A DNA stretch of 64,000 nucleotides from Candidatus Omnitrophota bacterium (GCA_903856085.1 CAIOAT010000024.1:3180-67179); one strand, 5' to 3'; counted from the stretch's first letter, positions 8,234-18,872 are shown. Notes: generated by a model from the sequence alone, not told the origin. Translations and numbers: made by a program.

Positions 8234-9970
8234 CTACTTAATGAATGTGATATTAATATCTTCGCGATGCGCGGTCGGCTCGGAATAGATCGAGATGCGG
8301 CTCCCCGTACTTTTCTCGAGATATCGGAGCGCCTTCTTTTCTTGCTGGAGAAGTCTTTCCGCGACATCCGGATGCACGTACGCATTGACGATGCGATCCC
8401 TGGAATCCTTCAGGGACTTGCGCAATTCCCGAATCACCTGGATCGACATCGTTGCCGTCGACTTGATATTGCCCTTCCCCTCGCAATAGGGGCAGGTGTC
8501 ATAGACCGCACTCTCAAGAGAGGGACGCATTCTCTGACGCGTCATCTGAATCAGCCCAAGCTCGGAAACCTGCACCAAATGGGTCTTGGCGCGATCCTTG
8601 CTCACCGCCTCTTTGAAGATATTAAAGAGGTTGCGACGGTGTTGACCTTGCTCCATATCGATAAAATCGATGACGATGATCCCGCCGACATCACGCAGTC
8701 GCAACTGGCGCGCGATCTCCTGGGCAGCCTCGACGTTATTCTTATACACCGTCTCCTCGAGCCCCCGGTTATTGCCTGTGAATTTCCCGGTATTCACGTC
8801 GATCGCCACAAGACTTTCAGTCTGTTCGATGACGATCGAACCACCTGACTTAAGATGAACATTCTTTTGAAACGTGCGTTCGATCTCTTTTTCGAGTCCG
8901 TGACGTTCAAAAAGACTTCCCTTTTCTTTCGCGAACTCGATATTCAGATCCTGCCCCGGCATATAGACTGAAGTGAACCGCTTGAGCTTCTTGAAAATCT
9001 CAGGATGGTCCACCACAACCTTGGTCGTTTCTTCGTTCACGTAATCGCGGACCACGCGTTCCACGAGCCCGAGCTCTTGATGAATCATGACCGGTGCTTT
9101 CTTAGCCGAGATCATCCCGTGGATCTTCTTCCAAAGCCTGATCAAATAACGGATATCCCGCGTGAAATCCGCATCACTTTTGCCTTCAGCGTTCGTTCGC
9201 ACGATGAACCCGACGCCTTTAGGGATCTCAAGACTTCTAAAAATACCCCGGATACGTTCACGCTCCGAGCGGCTCTCCACACGCCGCGAAATCCCAATTT
9301 TTGATTCGCCTGGCATCATCACGAGATAACGCGCTGGGATCGAAAATTGCGTCGTAAGACGCGGACCTTTGTTTCCGAGAGGCTCCTTCACAACCTGCAC
9401 AATGACCTTCTGCCCCACTTTGAGGACATCTTCGATCCTAGGTCGCGGCTGATGATGTTGCTGATGCGGGGGCTGATTTCGACCACCCTGCCGTCCGCCT
9501 TGCTGATGCCTTCCGCGTCCACGATCCCGCCCCCCATGCCGTCCCTGGCCTCGTCCTTGCCCCTGAGGCTGTCCCTGTCCTTGCACGGGAGCTGGGACTT
9601 GAACCTGCGGCTGTCCTTGGGCTTGCCCCTGTCCCTGGACATTCCCTTCAATCACGACACCTTCGGATGGCTTAACCTCAGTAGCTGTCCCCTCAGTTTT
9701 TTTCTCTTCGCCATCATCAAATTCGGCGTCGAGATCCAGAGGCGAACGAAGCGCGTCGCCGACATAAAGAAAACCATCTTTCCCGGTTCCGATATCCACA
9801 AAAGCGGCATCGATCCCCGGGATCACAGTCTTCACGATCCCTTCATAGATATTCCCGAAAAGCTTCTTCGAGTCCCCGCGCTCGATATAGAATTCCTCAA
9901 GCCGGCCATCTTCGAGAATGGCGACCTGTTTTTCATTAGCATCCTGCGAAATCAAAATTTGCCGTTCCAT
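8234..9970 (-). CDS. Ribonuclease E/G family, with a Q/G/R-rich insertion in the S1 domain
   Basis: AAFVDIG, QVVKEPLGNKGPRLT, IDVNTG, RQLRLRDVGGIIVIDFIDM and CPYCEG. Likely start is ATG 9970 (AAGGA RBS). Confidence 0.93.
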   Translation of the reverse strand: MERQILISQDANEKQVAILEDGRLEEFYIERGDSKKLFGNIYEGIVKTVIPGIDAAFVDIGTGKDGFLYVGDALRSPLDLDAEFDDGEEKKTEGTATEVKPSEGVVIEGNVQGQGQAQGQPQVQVPAPVQGQGQPQGQGRGQGRHGGRDRGRGRHQQGGRQGGRNQPPHQQHHQPRPRIEDVLKVGQKVIVQVVKEPLGNKGPRLTTQFSIPARYLVMMPGESKIGISRRVESRSERERIRGIFRSLEIPKGVGFIVRTNAEGKSDADFTRDIRYLIRLWKKIHGMISAKKAPVMIHQELGLVERVVRDYVNEETTKVVVDHPEIFKKLKRFTSVYMPGQDLNIEFAKEKGSLFERHGLEKEIERTFQKNVHLKSGGSIVIEQTESLVAIDVNTGKFTGNNRGLEETVYKNNVEAAQEIARQLRLRDVGGIIVIDFIDMEQGQHRRNLFNIFKEAVSKDRAKTHLVQVSELGLIQMTRQRMRPSLESAVYDTCPYCEGKGNIKSTATMSIQVIRELRKSLKDSRDRIVNAYVHPDVAERLLQQEKKALRYLEKSTGSRISIYSEPTAHREDINITFIK

Positions 9971-10177
9971 AAACTGAATTTCCTTTCTTAAAACCATTTC
10001 CACCACGTAGGTGTATTAGGTGTTCATTGTTGAAGGCGGAATCTTGGAGAATCCAGGCGGGTGTAAAGCTTGGGAGAAAGAAAAAACGTCAATTTATTCC
10101 GAGGCGGAACCTTAACGAACCCTAAGGCCTGCAAGAGCCTTCCCAAAAGGACCCAAAGACCGGACCTAACATTAACC

Positions 10178-11839
10178 CTAGGCGGGCTTGTCCTTGTTCG
10201 TGTTTTCCGATGACACTACCTTCTCAGAACCCTTCAACCCCGGAGCGGCATCCGTTGCAGCCGTTTTTTTCTGGGACTGATCGTCTTTTGACTGGTTATT
10301 CTTCCCGTCAACTTTGGCACCCGCAGGCTGTCCCTGCGAATCCACCGTAGTAACTGTTACAAAAAAGAGCGTTTCAACTTTTTGAGTACTTGGATTCGCC
10401 GATGAGGATGGATTTTTCGATCTAAACAATTTACCCACCAACGGAATATCCCCGAAAAATGGAACCTTATCTTCTTTAATACCCGTTTGATCCGTCAACA
10501 AACCGCCGATAGCGATCGTTTGTCCGCTTTGAATCAATACCTGTGTTTTTGCTTTAGTCGTATCAAATCGAGGCGCTTGTATCTGACCGGCACCAAAATC
10601 CTGGTTAAGCCCCACAGAACTCACTTCTGGGCTCAGATCGACTAAAATTTCTTCCGCGGAATTGATATGCGGCGTTACATTCAACACCACTCCCGTATTC
10701 CGATAATTAAAACCTGTGATCACCATGCTCCCCGTCTGCTCATTTCTCTCAAAGCTGGGGATGGGAATCTCCTGGCCGACCTGGATCGTCGCTGTCTGAT
10801 TATTCAAAACAACGACTCGGGGGTTGGAAACCACCTTCGTATTGACCCTTGTTTCCAAGAGACTCAATATCGCAGAAAAACTTGAGAAGTCCAATGTTCC
10901 AAAAGCGAATGACCCGCCGGTTGCCTCTGCTGGCGGCATCGGAAAAGTCCTGTTTTCTCCAGGGTACGGACTTGTCGTGCTAGTAGTTGTAGTCGTGCCT
11001 GAAGTTGTTGCAGATGTCGAAGTGCTCCCAGACAACGCAGGGAAAAAGCTCCGATAATCGCTCGTAGGACCCTGCATAAACGGAAATGTCGTTGGCCTCG
11101 TAGCCCCCTTAGTAAGCCCCCCTACAACATTCCAATCAATACCAAGTTTTTCCGTATTGGAAAGATCCGTCTTCACGATTTTCGAATCAATAAAAGCTTG
11201 GGAGGTAACTTTATCGAGTTTTTTGATCACTTCTCCGATGCGGTAAAGGTTGGTCGGAATATCGGTCACGACGACCATATTGGTGCGTTCCGAGGGCTTC
11301 ACCTTCCCGCGTTCACTCAACATGTCCATGATCGAGGCTTGGATCTCGGTGGCTTTCGAATAATTCAGGATGAAGGTCTTTGTCTCGACAGGTTCAAGCT
11401 TCATTTTGTCACGGGTCGTCACACGGATGATATTGCCGTCCCTCTCATAGACGTAATCGTAGGTCCTCAAGATCACCTCGAGCGCCTTTTCCCAGGGCAC
11501 ATTGTCGAGTCGCACAGTGACAAGACCGGTGACTTCCGGGCCGGTCACAATATTGACATTGCTTTTCAGACTCAGCACGCGCAACACACTCCCGATATCA
11601 GCGTCCTTAAAATCAAGACTGATCGTATCATTCCCGACTACTGGGGCAGAAGGTGCAATCACGACCGGGGCAAGGACGGCCTTAGCGGCAGGTGCGGATG
11701 GCGCGGGCGGCACAGAAGCCTTCTGTGTCACAGCGTTCGGAGTCGGGTCTGCGGCAGAGACAACGCTCGTCACGCCCAAAAGACACAGCACACCCATCAA
11801 AAGAATAAGATTATAGATTGGTCGTTTCATGAAGTTCAC
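10178..11839 (-). CDS. pilQ: Type IV pilus secretin PilQ
   Basis: ISLDFKDADI, VPWEKALEVIL, secretin C-domain IAIGGL..DKVPFFGDIPLVGKLFRS. Confidence 0.9.
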   Translation of the reverse strand: MNFMKRPIYNLILLMGVLCLLGVTSVVSAADPTPNAVTQKASVPPAPSAPAAKAVLAPVVIAPSAPVVGNDTISLDFKDADIGSVLRVLSLKSNVNIVTGPEVTGLVTVRLDNVPWEKALEVILRTYDYVYERDGNIIRVTTRDKMKLEPVETKTFILNYSKATEIQASIMDMLSERGKVKPSERTNMVVVTDIPTNLYRIGEVIKKLDKVTSQAFIDSKIVKTDLSNTEKLGIDWNVVGGLTKGATRPTTFPFMQGPTSDYRSFFPALSGSTSTSATTSGTTTTTSTTSPYPGENRTFPMPPAEATGGSFAFGTLDFSSFSAILSLLETRVNTKVVSNPRVVVLNNQTATIQVGQEIPIPSFERNEQTGSMVITGFNYRNTGVVLNVTPHINSAEEILVDLSPEVSSVGLNQDFGAGQIQAPRFDTTKAKTQVLIQSGQTIAIGGLLTDQTGIKEDKVPFFGDIPLVGKLFRSKNPSSSANPSTQKVETLFFVTVTTVDSQGQPAGAKVDGKNNQSKDDQSQKKTAATDAAPGLKGSEKVVSSENTNKDKPA

Positions 11840-11863
11840 TCGGCCTCCATCATATCATAAAAC

Positions 11864-12229
11864 CTATGTTTTTTCCTCTTTCCTTATCCAAAGCGTCTTT
11901 TCTTCTCCATTCGCCGAGATCACGACATGGTCCCTTAGGATTTTGACGACTTTCGCGTCTCCGACGGCCTCACCCGTCTGATAGGTCTTTCCGTTCAGGA
12001 TGGCCATCGATTGCGCTCCCGGATCATAAATGATGCCCTCGAGGTTGACTCCCAAAGAGGATGCCGTCACCGAAACATCCTCTGCCGTAAGCGGCACGAA
12101 AGGGTCTCGACGTTTACCGGAATCATAAGCGATTTCTTCCGCCCGAAGCGAGCCACACAGCGTCAAAAACAAAAAAAACAAGGCTAGGAACTTTAGAGCT
12201 CCACAATATTTGCCGTCACTTTTTGGCAT
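11864..12229 (-). CDS. PilP-like pilus assembly protein
   Basis: YDSGKRRDPFVP and LEGIIYD..AILNG; position between pilO and pilQ. Confidence 0.75.
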   Translation of the reverse strand: MPKSDGKYCGALKFLALFFLFLTLCGSLRAEEIAYDSGKRRDPFVPLTAEDVSVTASSLGVNLEGIIYDPGAQSMAILNGKTYQTGEAVGDAKVVKILRDHVVISANGEEKTLWIRKEEKT

Positions 12230-12854
12230 GTCCCGCTCCCGTCGCCGACGCGACCTGTGGCGGTGCTTTGAGGATCGCCCAAAGCTTCAGCTCCGCGACA
12301 TGCCGATCCGGCGTTTTTTCCGCCGGCATGATTTCAATGCTCCGAATCCTCAAAAGTTTCCCGTAGGACTCGATACGGCTCGCCAGACTTCCAAGATCAT
12401 GATAACCGCCTTGCACCGTAAATTCATAACCGCTCGGCTGATATTTCAAGTGATACGGTGCTGCAAAAACCGCTTTCTCAGTCAAAGGTTTGGAGGCCAG
12501 CACATCCACGCGCGACTCACTTGCCATTTTCGAAACCCGTCCTAAAAGAAGGCCCATATCCTGGGCTGTAAAAACACGCGCGCGGGTCTTTTCAATGAGC
12601 GAGCCGAATACATTCTGGTCCTCTTCCCAACCCAACCGCTTCTGGTTCAGGGCATTGATCTGGCGGATCTGAGCTTCCATACTTTGGATATCGCGCCGTA
12701 GCAAAGGACGTTCAATCCACGCCGGAATAATCAAAAAAACAACCATCAGAAAAAAAACCACCGCACACGAAAGGACGATCAACCATGTTCTTTTATCGAC
12801 ACTTTTCACGAAGGCTATAACATCGGCAGAGGTCCATTGGTTGAACGGTTTCAT
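12216..12854 (-). CDS. pilO: Type IV pilus assembly protein PilO
   Basis: TM plus coiled coil, GGYHDLGSLASRIE; ATG 12854 overlaps the pilN stop; synteny. Confidence 0.8.
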   Translation of the reverse strand: MKPFNQWTSADVIAFVKSVDKRTWLIVLSCAVVFFLMVVFLIIPAWIERPLLRRDIQSMEAQIRQINALNQKRLGWEEDQNVFGSLIEKTRARVFTAQDMGLLLGRVSKMASESRVDVLASKPLTEKAVFAAPYHLKYQPSGYEFTVQGGYHDLGSLASRIESYGKLLRIRSIEIMPAEKTPDRHVAELKLWAILKAPPQVASATGAGHAKK

Positions 12855-13429
12855 GGTTTTTGGGTCACTCCCCATTCAAGATTTGCGGCAAAAGCGGTTC
12901 CTGCAATCTTTTCTGAGGATTCCTTGGAAGTCGTCAACGCAACCGAGGTCTGAGGCGGCAATTTTGTTCTCAGTTTCTGGAAATACTCCTCGATCTGTTC
13001 AATGCCCGTCTGTGTTCGGGATGCCAACACCACGCCCTTCAAGGTCAACCGGCATCCCTCACCTTCCCGTTCCGCTTTGAGTTCCGTGAGCCATCCCTTC
13101 GGCGGCAAGAACTCGCTCACCCAGAAAAGCATCTGCGTCATAGATTCCGTATTGAGCACGTTCTTCTCCAGAAAATCTTTTTCACCCTTCATTTCAATTT
13201 CGATCTTGGTCTCCATGGCCTTCAGCTGTGACATGGAGGGATTCAGCTTCACCCATTCCTTTTGCACATTTTTATAAGCTGAGCGAGCCCTGAGATAGTC
13301 CCCATAGAAAAAAAACGTCATAAGAAGAAAAAGCACTCCTGCCAAAAGGGCGAACGGAATATACGGAATACGCGTCGCGGTCGCTTTCCCTTTCCGGAGC
13401 TCCTGGGGCAAAAGGTTGATCTTGATCAT
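12851..13429 (-). CDS. pilN: Type IV pilus assembly protein PilN
   Basis: N-terminal INLLP motif, TM segment, LPPKGWLTEL. Confidence 0.85.
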   Translation of the reverse strand: MIKINLLPQELRKGKATATRIPYIPFALLAGVLFLLMTFFFYGDYLRARSAYKNVQKEWVKLNPSMSQLKAMETKIEIEMKGEKDFLEKNVLNTESMTQMLFWVSEFLPPKGWLTELKAEREGEGCRLTLKGVVLASRTQTGIEQIEEYFQKLRTKLPPQTSVALTTSKESSEKIAGTAFAANLEWGVTQKP

Positions 13430-14523
13430 TCGTCGCGAAGCCCCAGACCCAGAGGCACGGGCAAGAGCGACTCATGGGTTTTAAGAAGTTCAGGATCCAC
13501 GTCCGGAGCCCATTTTATCTTTGAAAGAATGTCCATACTCACCACCGGGATCTGCAGCCCTTCGCTCAGCGCCTTCAAAACCACGGGGTGAGACACCCCG
13601 CCGCTAAGAAAAAGCTTTGTGACAGGCCTCGCTTGCCCGGACTGATCATGGTAGTAGTCGAAGGAAACGCGCAGATCCCCGATCAACCCTTCAAGACTTT
13701 CCTTGATCGCTTGCGTCTGATCAAGCGTCAGAGTTTCATTTTTCTCGAAAAGCTTTTCGATCTTTTCGTCTAAAAGATCGGAACGGGTCTTGAGCCGTTT
13801 GTGAAGATCGAAAGTCCCGTAAGAAATATCACGGACAAAACGGGGTTTTCCATCACGGACGATCCCAAGGGTCGAGGTCTCAGTGCCAAGATCTAAAAGG
13901 CCGACATGTCCCGCGAAATCTTCAGGATGGAAATATTCCAATGCGGCCATCACCGAAAGAATGCTGACATCCACCAACGACAAGCGGCATTCCAGATTTC
14001 GAAAAATCTCAAGCGTCGGCTCAAGTTCCTGCCGCTTCACGACAACAAGCATTACTTCCATCTTCTCGCCATCATCGGTTTTGATGCCTTCCTCCACCAC
14101 TCCAAAATCGAGCACTACATCGTTAAGCTCAAAAGGAATATATTGTTCCGCTTCGTATTTCATGGCGCTCCGGAGATCTTCAACCTTCATCTTGGGAAAA
14201 CGGATGAATCGGATCACGACTCCATGCCCCTTGAGAGCCACACGAACTCCATCTTTTCGGAATTTTTTTCCGTCCAAAAACGGCTTGAGAACCAATGAAG
14301 GTTTCTGATCCTTGGGAGCATTCTTAATAATATCGATGCGATGGACAAAAAGGTGGTCAGGTCCTTTTTCAAGTTCCAAAAGGACCGTCTGCATCCGGCC
14401 AAGATCACACACGGTAACCTTGGTAGGGATCGTTTTTTTCTGCAGGAGCTTCGATGAAAATCCTCTAAAAAGGCCGGAAAGCTGTTGACTCAATGGAAGC
14501 CGCTTGCTGGGATCGTTACTCAT
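13426..14523 (-). CDS. pilM: Type IV pilus assembly protein PilM
   Basis: Actin-like fold, EAEQYIPFELNDVVLDF, LDLGTETS and LFLSGG. Confidence 0.88.
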   Translation of the reverse strand: MSNDPSKRLPLSQQLSGLFRGFSSKLLQKKTIPTKVTVCDLGRMQTVLLELEKGPDHLFVHRIDIIKNAPKDQKPSLVLKPFLDGKKFRKDGVRVALKGHGVVIRFIRFPKMKVEDLRSAMKYEAEQYIPFELNDVVLDFGVVEEGIKTDDGEKMEVMLVVVKRQELEPTLEIFRNLECRLSLVDVSILSVMAALEYFHPEDFAGHVGLLDLGTETSTLGIVRDGKPRFVRDISYGTFDLHKRLKTRSDLLDEKIEKLFEKNETLTLDQTQAIKESLEGLIGDLRVSFDYYHDQSGQARPVTKLFLSGGVSHPVVLKALSEGLQIPVVSMDILSKIKWAPDVDPELLKTHESLLPVPLGLGLRDE

Positions 14524-14626
14524 AGGTGAGAGATTAGCAGAAAATCTTCAAAAAAAAAGGCAAAAAAATCTACGTTGATCGTGGAAACAAATCGGGTTCG
14601 AAAACACCTTTTTCTATTTCTCATCG

Positions 14627-15100
14627 TCATCCTGTAATCGGAGTTCCAGCCGAACAGCCATCGGCAGCAGCCACAGGAATGGTCGCTGTCCCATCAACTG
14701 TAGAGCCCGTGACAACACCGGTCTGGTCGATACAATACGTATTGTTTGCCGCATTCGCGACAGGTGTGGCTAACAAAGAAAACGTACCGTCACCCACAAG
14801 ATAGCTCAAGACGAACCCATGCTTGGTTCCGCCCTCGACCCAAGAAGGGTCCAGATACGGAGGAGACACCCCTGTCAAAGCTAGGATATTGGCCGGAAAG
14901 GCCGGAGGATTCTGCACCGCACGATAACTTTCGCAAGCATGGCTGAATGTTTTCAGTTCTGACTTGACGGCACCTTCATTAGCATTGACCCTCGCCCGCA
15001 GGAGATTGGGAATGGCGATAGCGGCCAAAATCCCAATGACCGCAACTGCGATCATGATCTCAACAAGAGTAAACCCCCGTCGGGTACGCTCAAGAAACAT
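14627..15100 (-). CDS. Type IV pilin (paralog 2)
   Basis: Prepilin site RRG|FTLVEIMIAVAVIGILAAIAIPNL; C-terminal Cys pair; start moved to ATG 15100 (GGGAG RBS). Confidence 0.9.
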   Translation of the reverse strand: MFLERTRRGFTLVEIMIAVAVIGILAAIAIPNLLRARVNANEGAVKSELKTFSHACESYRAVQNPPAFPANILALTGVSPPYLDPSWVEGGTKHGFVLSYLVGDGTFSLLATPVANAANNTYCIDQTGVVTGSTVDGTATIPVAAADGCSAGTPITG

Positions 15101-15222
15101 GGCATCTCCCATTTTAAAAGCCTGCGCACATTCAATTCTCAAGACAATTTACGGCAAGAATTGCGATTCCCCGCAGCATTTTCAGCAAGGTAGAATGAAG
15201 CAGTCGCTGCGATCCCCTAAAA

Positions 15223-15258
15223 TAAAAAACCCACCCTGCCGCTCCCGGCAGGGTGGGT
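15223..15258 (-). terminator. Intrinsic terminator after the upstream pilin gene
   Basis: Perfect 13-bp stem ACCCACCCTGCCG/CGGCAGGGTGGGT, followed by a T-tract on the minus strand. Confidence 0.85.
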
Positions 15259-15287
15259 CAGAAAAAACTTAAAAAACACTGAATCAA

Positions 15288-15743
15288 CTAGCCAGCAATC
15301 GCAGTACCACCACCAGCACAGCCTGTCGCCGGACCCGTCAGAGCGGTTGCCTTCATCACAATGACGCCGGTCTGGTCAACACAATAATAATTGACCGCAG
15401 CGTTTGCAATCGGGGTTGCGAGCGCCGCGAACGTCTGCGCTGCACCGGTAAGCACTATGTTGTAACCATGCTTCGCTGCCTTAAACGTGGCATCCACATA
15501 CGGAGGAGTCGCATCAGCCAAAGCATCGATGTCCGCAGGATAGGTTGGCGTAACCTGCGCCGCACGATAGCTTTCGGCAGCAGAGCTAAGCGTTCTCAGA
15601 TCCGACTTAATCGCACCTTCGTTGGCGTTCATACGAGCACGCATAAGATTGGGAATGGCAATAGCAGCCAAAAGCCCAATGATAGCAACGACGATCATGA
15701 TCTCAACAAGCGTGAAACCCCTTTTATTCAATTGGATAAACAT
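15288..15743 (-). CDS. Type IV pilin, probably the major pilin
   Basis: KRG|FTLVEIMIVVAIIGLLAAIAIPNL; AGGAGG RBS; has its own terminator. Confidence 0.92.
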   Translation of the reverse strand: MFIQLNKRGFTLVEIMIVVAIIGLLAAIAIPNLMRARMNANEGAIKSDLRTLSSAAESYRAAQVTPTYPADIDALADATPPYVDATFKAAKHGYNIVLTGAAQTFAALATPIANAAVNYYCVDQTGVIVMKATALTGPATGCAGGGTAIAG

Positions 15744-15933
15744 GTTATTCCTCCTGTTTCTATGTTTGCTTCTGCCTACTATTAGCTTAAACTACCTTAA
15801 ATGATACGACAATCCCAACAAGAACTAAACTAGTTTTTTTGATATCCAAGTTACACATCCTATAACTTTAACAAGCATTCATGTGAACCCTTAGACAGTT
15901 TTCCACAGGATTGTCCAGCCAAGGACTGCTTCC

Positions 15934-17172
15934 TTATTTGATCGCCTGGGTAAGCGTAAGGATGGGAAGAAACATGGCTATCACAATGCCGCCGATCACA
16001 ACCCCAAGAAAAGCAACGATGAGCGGCTCAATTAAGGAAGTCAGCCCGGAAACCGCGGTATCCACCTGGGTATCATAAAAGTCCGCGATCTTTGTGAGCA
16101 TCTCTTCCAATTCTCCGGTCTCCTCCCCAATCGCGATCATACGAACGACCATCGAGGGAAAGATTTCGTTTTTTTCAAGCGGGCCGGCGATGCTTTCCCC
16201 GCGTTTGACAGAGCCCATAAGATCCGTGATGACTTTTTCGATGCGAGCATTCCCTGAAGTTCGAGAAACGATCTCCAAAGCCGCAAGGATCGCCACACCG
16301 CTACGCAACAACGTGGAAAGCGTGCGCGCAAATTTACTGATCGCTACCTTCAAAATAATCGGACCAAAAATGGGCATGCGAAGAGTAAAAGAATCCCAGG
16401 GCAAACGGCCCAACGGAGAGCTGATGAATTTCCGGAACAGAAAAACACCTCCGCCCAGGACAGCGAGAATCCACCACCAGTTGACCGCAAGATAATTGCT
16501 GATAGTAATCAGGATCTGCGTCGGCATGGGCAGCTTCGCCCCCAGGCCTTCAAAGATCGTCGCGAACTTCGGGATCACAAAGGCCAGCATGAAGAACGTG
16601 ATCATGAAAGCCATGATCGAAACGGCCGTCGGATACATCACCGCAGATTTAACCTTTTTTTGAAGCGCGCTGGATTTTTCAAAATATTGGGCCACGCGGT
16701 CCAGGATCTCTTGCAACTTCCCGCTCATCTCACCCGCGCGCACCATGTGAATAAAAAGCGCCGAAAAAACCTTTTGGTGCGCCTGCATGGCCTCAGAAAA
16801 ACTTTTACCAGTCTGCACGTCACTATGCATCCTCCAAAGAATCTTTCGAAATTTCTCCTTATCCACCTGCCCGGCGAGGATGTCTAGGGCCTGGATCAAA
16901 GGGATCCCCGCCGCGACAAGCGTAGCCATCTGCCTTGAAAAAATCACGAGGTCGTCCAGTTTGATGCCTCCGGATTTTCCCTGCCGAATCTTGGGGACTG
17001 TCCCCTTCTGAACACTCAGCATAGAAGATCCTTTTTTGACCTGCTCCACCCGAACAACCAGATAGTCCTGCGCCTTCAGCTGACGAACAAGATCTTGAGC
17101 ATCCTGGGCGTCCTGAACGCCCTTCAGATCTTTTCCCGACTTATCCTTGACCCAATATTCGAACGATGGCAT
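15934..17172 (-). CDS. pilC: Type IV pilus platform protein PilC (T2SS GspF family)
   Basis: FSRQMATLVAAGIPL, AGEMSGKL, MYP, GEETGELEEML and LIEPL. Confidence 0.93.
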   Translation of the reverse strand: MPSFEYWVKDKSGKDLKGVQDAQDAQDLVRQLKAQDYLVVRVEQVKKGSSMLSVQKGTVPKIRQGKSGGIKLDDLVIFSRQMATLVAAGIPLIQALDILAGQVDKEKFRKILWRMHSDVQTGKSFSEAMQAHQKVFSALFIHMVRAGEMSGKLQEILDRVAQYFEKSSALQKKVKSAVMYPTAVSIMAFMITFFMLAFVIPKFATIFEGLGAKLPMPTQILITISNYLAVNWWWILAVLGGGVFLFRKFISSPLGRLPWDSFTLRMPIFGPIILKVAISKFARTLSTLLRSGVAILAALEIVSRTSGNARIEKVITDLMGSVKRGESIAGPLEKNEIFPSMVVRMIAIGEETGELEEMLTKIADFYDTQVDTAVSGLTSLIEPLIVAFLGVVIGGIVIAMFLPILTLTQAIK

Positions 17173-17177
17173 ATATT

Positions 17178-18872
17178 TTACTCCTGACTTGAAACGCGAA
17201 GCACTTCCTCAAGCGTGGTCACCCCAGACTTGAAGAGTCCTAGGGCGTTCTCGAAGAGGGTTTCCATACCCTTTTCAACGGCAACCTGGTGAATAACATT
17301 ACTCGATTTTTTTTGGATCACAAGCTCTCGGATATCCGGATCCACGAGCAGCACCTCACTCGCACCGGTCCTTCCGAAATATCCAGTCATGTTGCACTTG
17401 ATACAACCCTTCCCACGGAAGGGCGCGATCTTATCCAATTCCGATTTAGAAAGCTTACAACGAAGGAGCACATCCGCCGGAATGGTGGCCGGCGACCGAC
17501 AGCTCGGGCAGATTTTTCTGAGTAGACGCTGCGCCCCGACGCATACCACTGAGGACGCGATCAAAAAAGGCTCCACGCCCATATCCATAAGACGCGTCAT
17601 CGCGCCGGCGGCGCTGTTCGTATGAAGCGTGCTAAACACCAGATGCCCGGTAAGCGCGGCCTTCACCGCGATATCCGCAGTCTCCGAGTCGCGGATCTCC
17701 CCCACCAACACGATGTCCGGACTTTGTCGAAGCAAGGCACGAAGACCACTCGCGAACGTCAGCCCGATCTCTGGCTGCACCTGAGTCTGAGTAATCCCTT
17801 CGACTTGATATTCGATAGGATCCTCCACGGTCATTAAATTCTTTTGCGGCGTGTTCAGTGAATTCAGGATCGAATAAAGCGTCGTGGATTTTCCGCTACC
17901 TGTTGGCCCGGTCACCAGGATCATCCCATAAGGCTTCTTGACCGCTTCGGCAAGAGCGCGGGTCGGCTTCTCCGTAAAGCCGAGCTTATCAAGTCCCGCC
18001 CGGATCCCGCTTCGGTCCAAGACGCGCAGCACCAGCTTCTCGCCGAAATAGGTCGGCAACACAGAGACACGAAAATCAATCTGCCGGTCCTTGAGCAGCA
18101 ACCGGAACCGCCCATCCTGGGGCAGACGTTTTTCAGTAATATCCAAGAGAGAAATGATCTTGGTACGCGCCACGAGAGCCGGATAAAGCTCCAATGTATG
18201 GGAGAACGATTCTTTTAAAGCTCCATCGACACGGTACCGGATACGAAATTCTTTTTCATAAGGCTCAAAGTGAATATCGGAAGCGCGGGCTTTCAGCGCT
18301 TTTTCAAGAATAAAATTGACCATCTTGATGACCGGCGCGTCATCCACGCCGACCTGTACGACGGAGGACGCCTCCTTCTCATCTTCATTCACAAGTTCCA
18401 GGCTATCGGCATCCTTCTCAGAGATAAATTCAGAAAAATTTTTACTTTCTGCGTAATAGTCGTCCACGGCGGCAGCAATCCGGGCGGGAGTGGCCAACAC
18501 AAGGTTCACGTCACATCCTGTCAGATGCTTGATATCATCGAAGGTCCGTAATTTAAACGGATCGCTTGTAGCCACCGTCACAAGCTTTCCGATGCGCCCC
18601 ACCGGAAAAGCCTGATGCTGTTCGATGAATTTCCGGGGAAGCATCCGCAGGACTTCATTGTCGAACTGCATCCCGTGAAGGTTCAGCGTGGGGATCTCAA
18701 GCTGAGCGCTCAAAAAATCCATAACCTCTTCTTCCGGAAGGATCTTTTCTTCGAGAATAATTTTTATAGTGCTTTCATTGCGTTTCTGAGCGACCTGGCC
18801 CAAGCGATCACACTCCTCTTCAGAAAGCCCCAGTTTTTTCACCCACGTCCGAACGATCTTTTTGTCGATCAT
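17178..18872 (-). CDS. pilB: PilB/GspE-type assembly ATPase (paralog 2)
   Basis: GPTGSGKST, TVEDPIEY, LRQSPDIVLVGEIRD, TGHLVFSTLHTN and a tetracysteine motif. Confidence 0.9.
   Translation of the reverse strand: MIDKKIVRTWVKKLGLSEEECDRLGQVAQKRNESTIKIILEEKILPEEEVMDFLSAQLEIPTLNLHGMQFDNEVLRMLPRKFIEQHQAFPVGRIGKLVTVATSDPFKLRTFDDIKHLTGCDVNLVLATPARIAAAVDDYYAESKNFSEFISEKDADSLELVNEDEKEASSVVQVGVDDAPVIKMVNFILEKALKARASDIHFEPYEKEFRIRYRVDGALKESFSHTLELYPALVARTKIISLLDITEKRLPQDGRFRLLLKDRQIDFRVSVLPTYFGEKLVLRVLDRSGIRAGLDKLGFTEKPTRALAEAVKKPYGMILVTGPTGSGKSTTLYSILNSLNTPQKNLMTVEDPIEYQVEGITQTQVQPEIGLTFASGLRALLRQSPDIVLVGEIRDSETADIAVKAALTGHLVFSTLHTNSAAGAMTRLMDMGVEPFLIASSVVCVGAQRLLRKICPSCRSPATIPADVLLRCKLSKSELDKIAPFRGKGCIKCNMTGYFGRTGASEVLLVDPDIRELVIQKKSSNVIHQVAVEKGMETLFENALGLFKSGVTTLEEVLRVSSQE

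Noticed and set aside
9975-10177. Long RNase E/G upstream region with three CCGCCT copies as a possible regulatory RNA
   Set aside because: No convincing stem set or known family could be established by eye.
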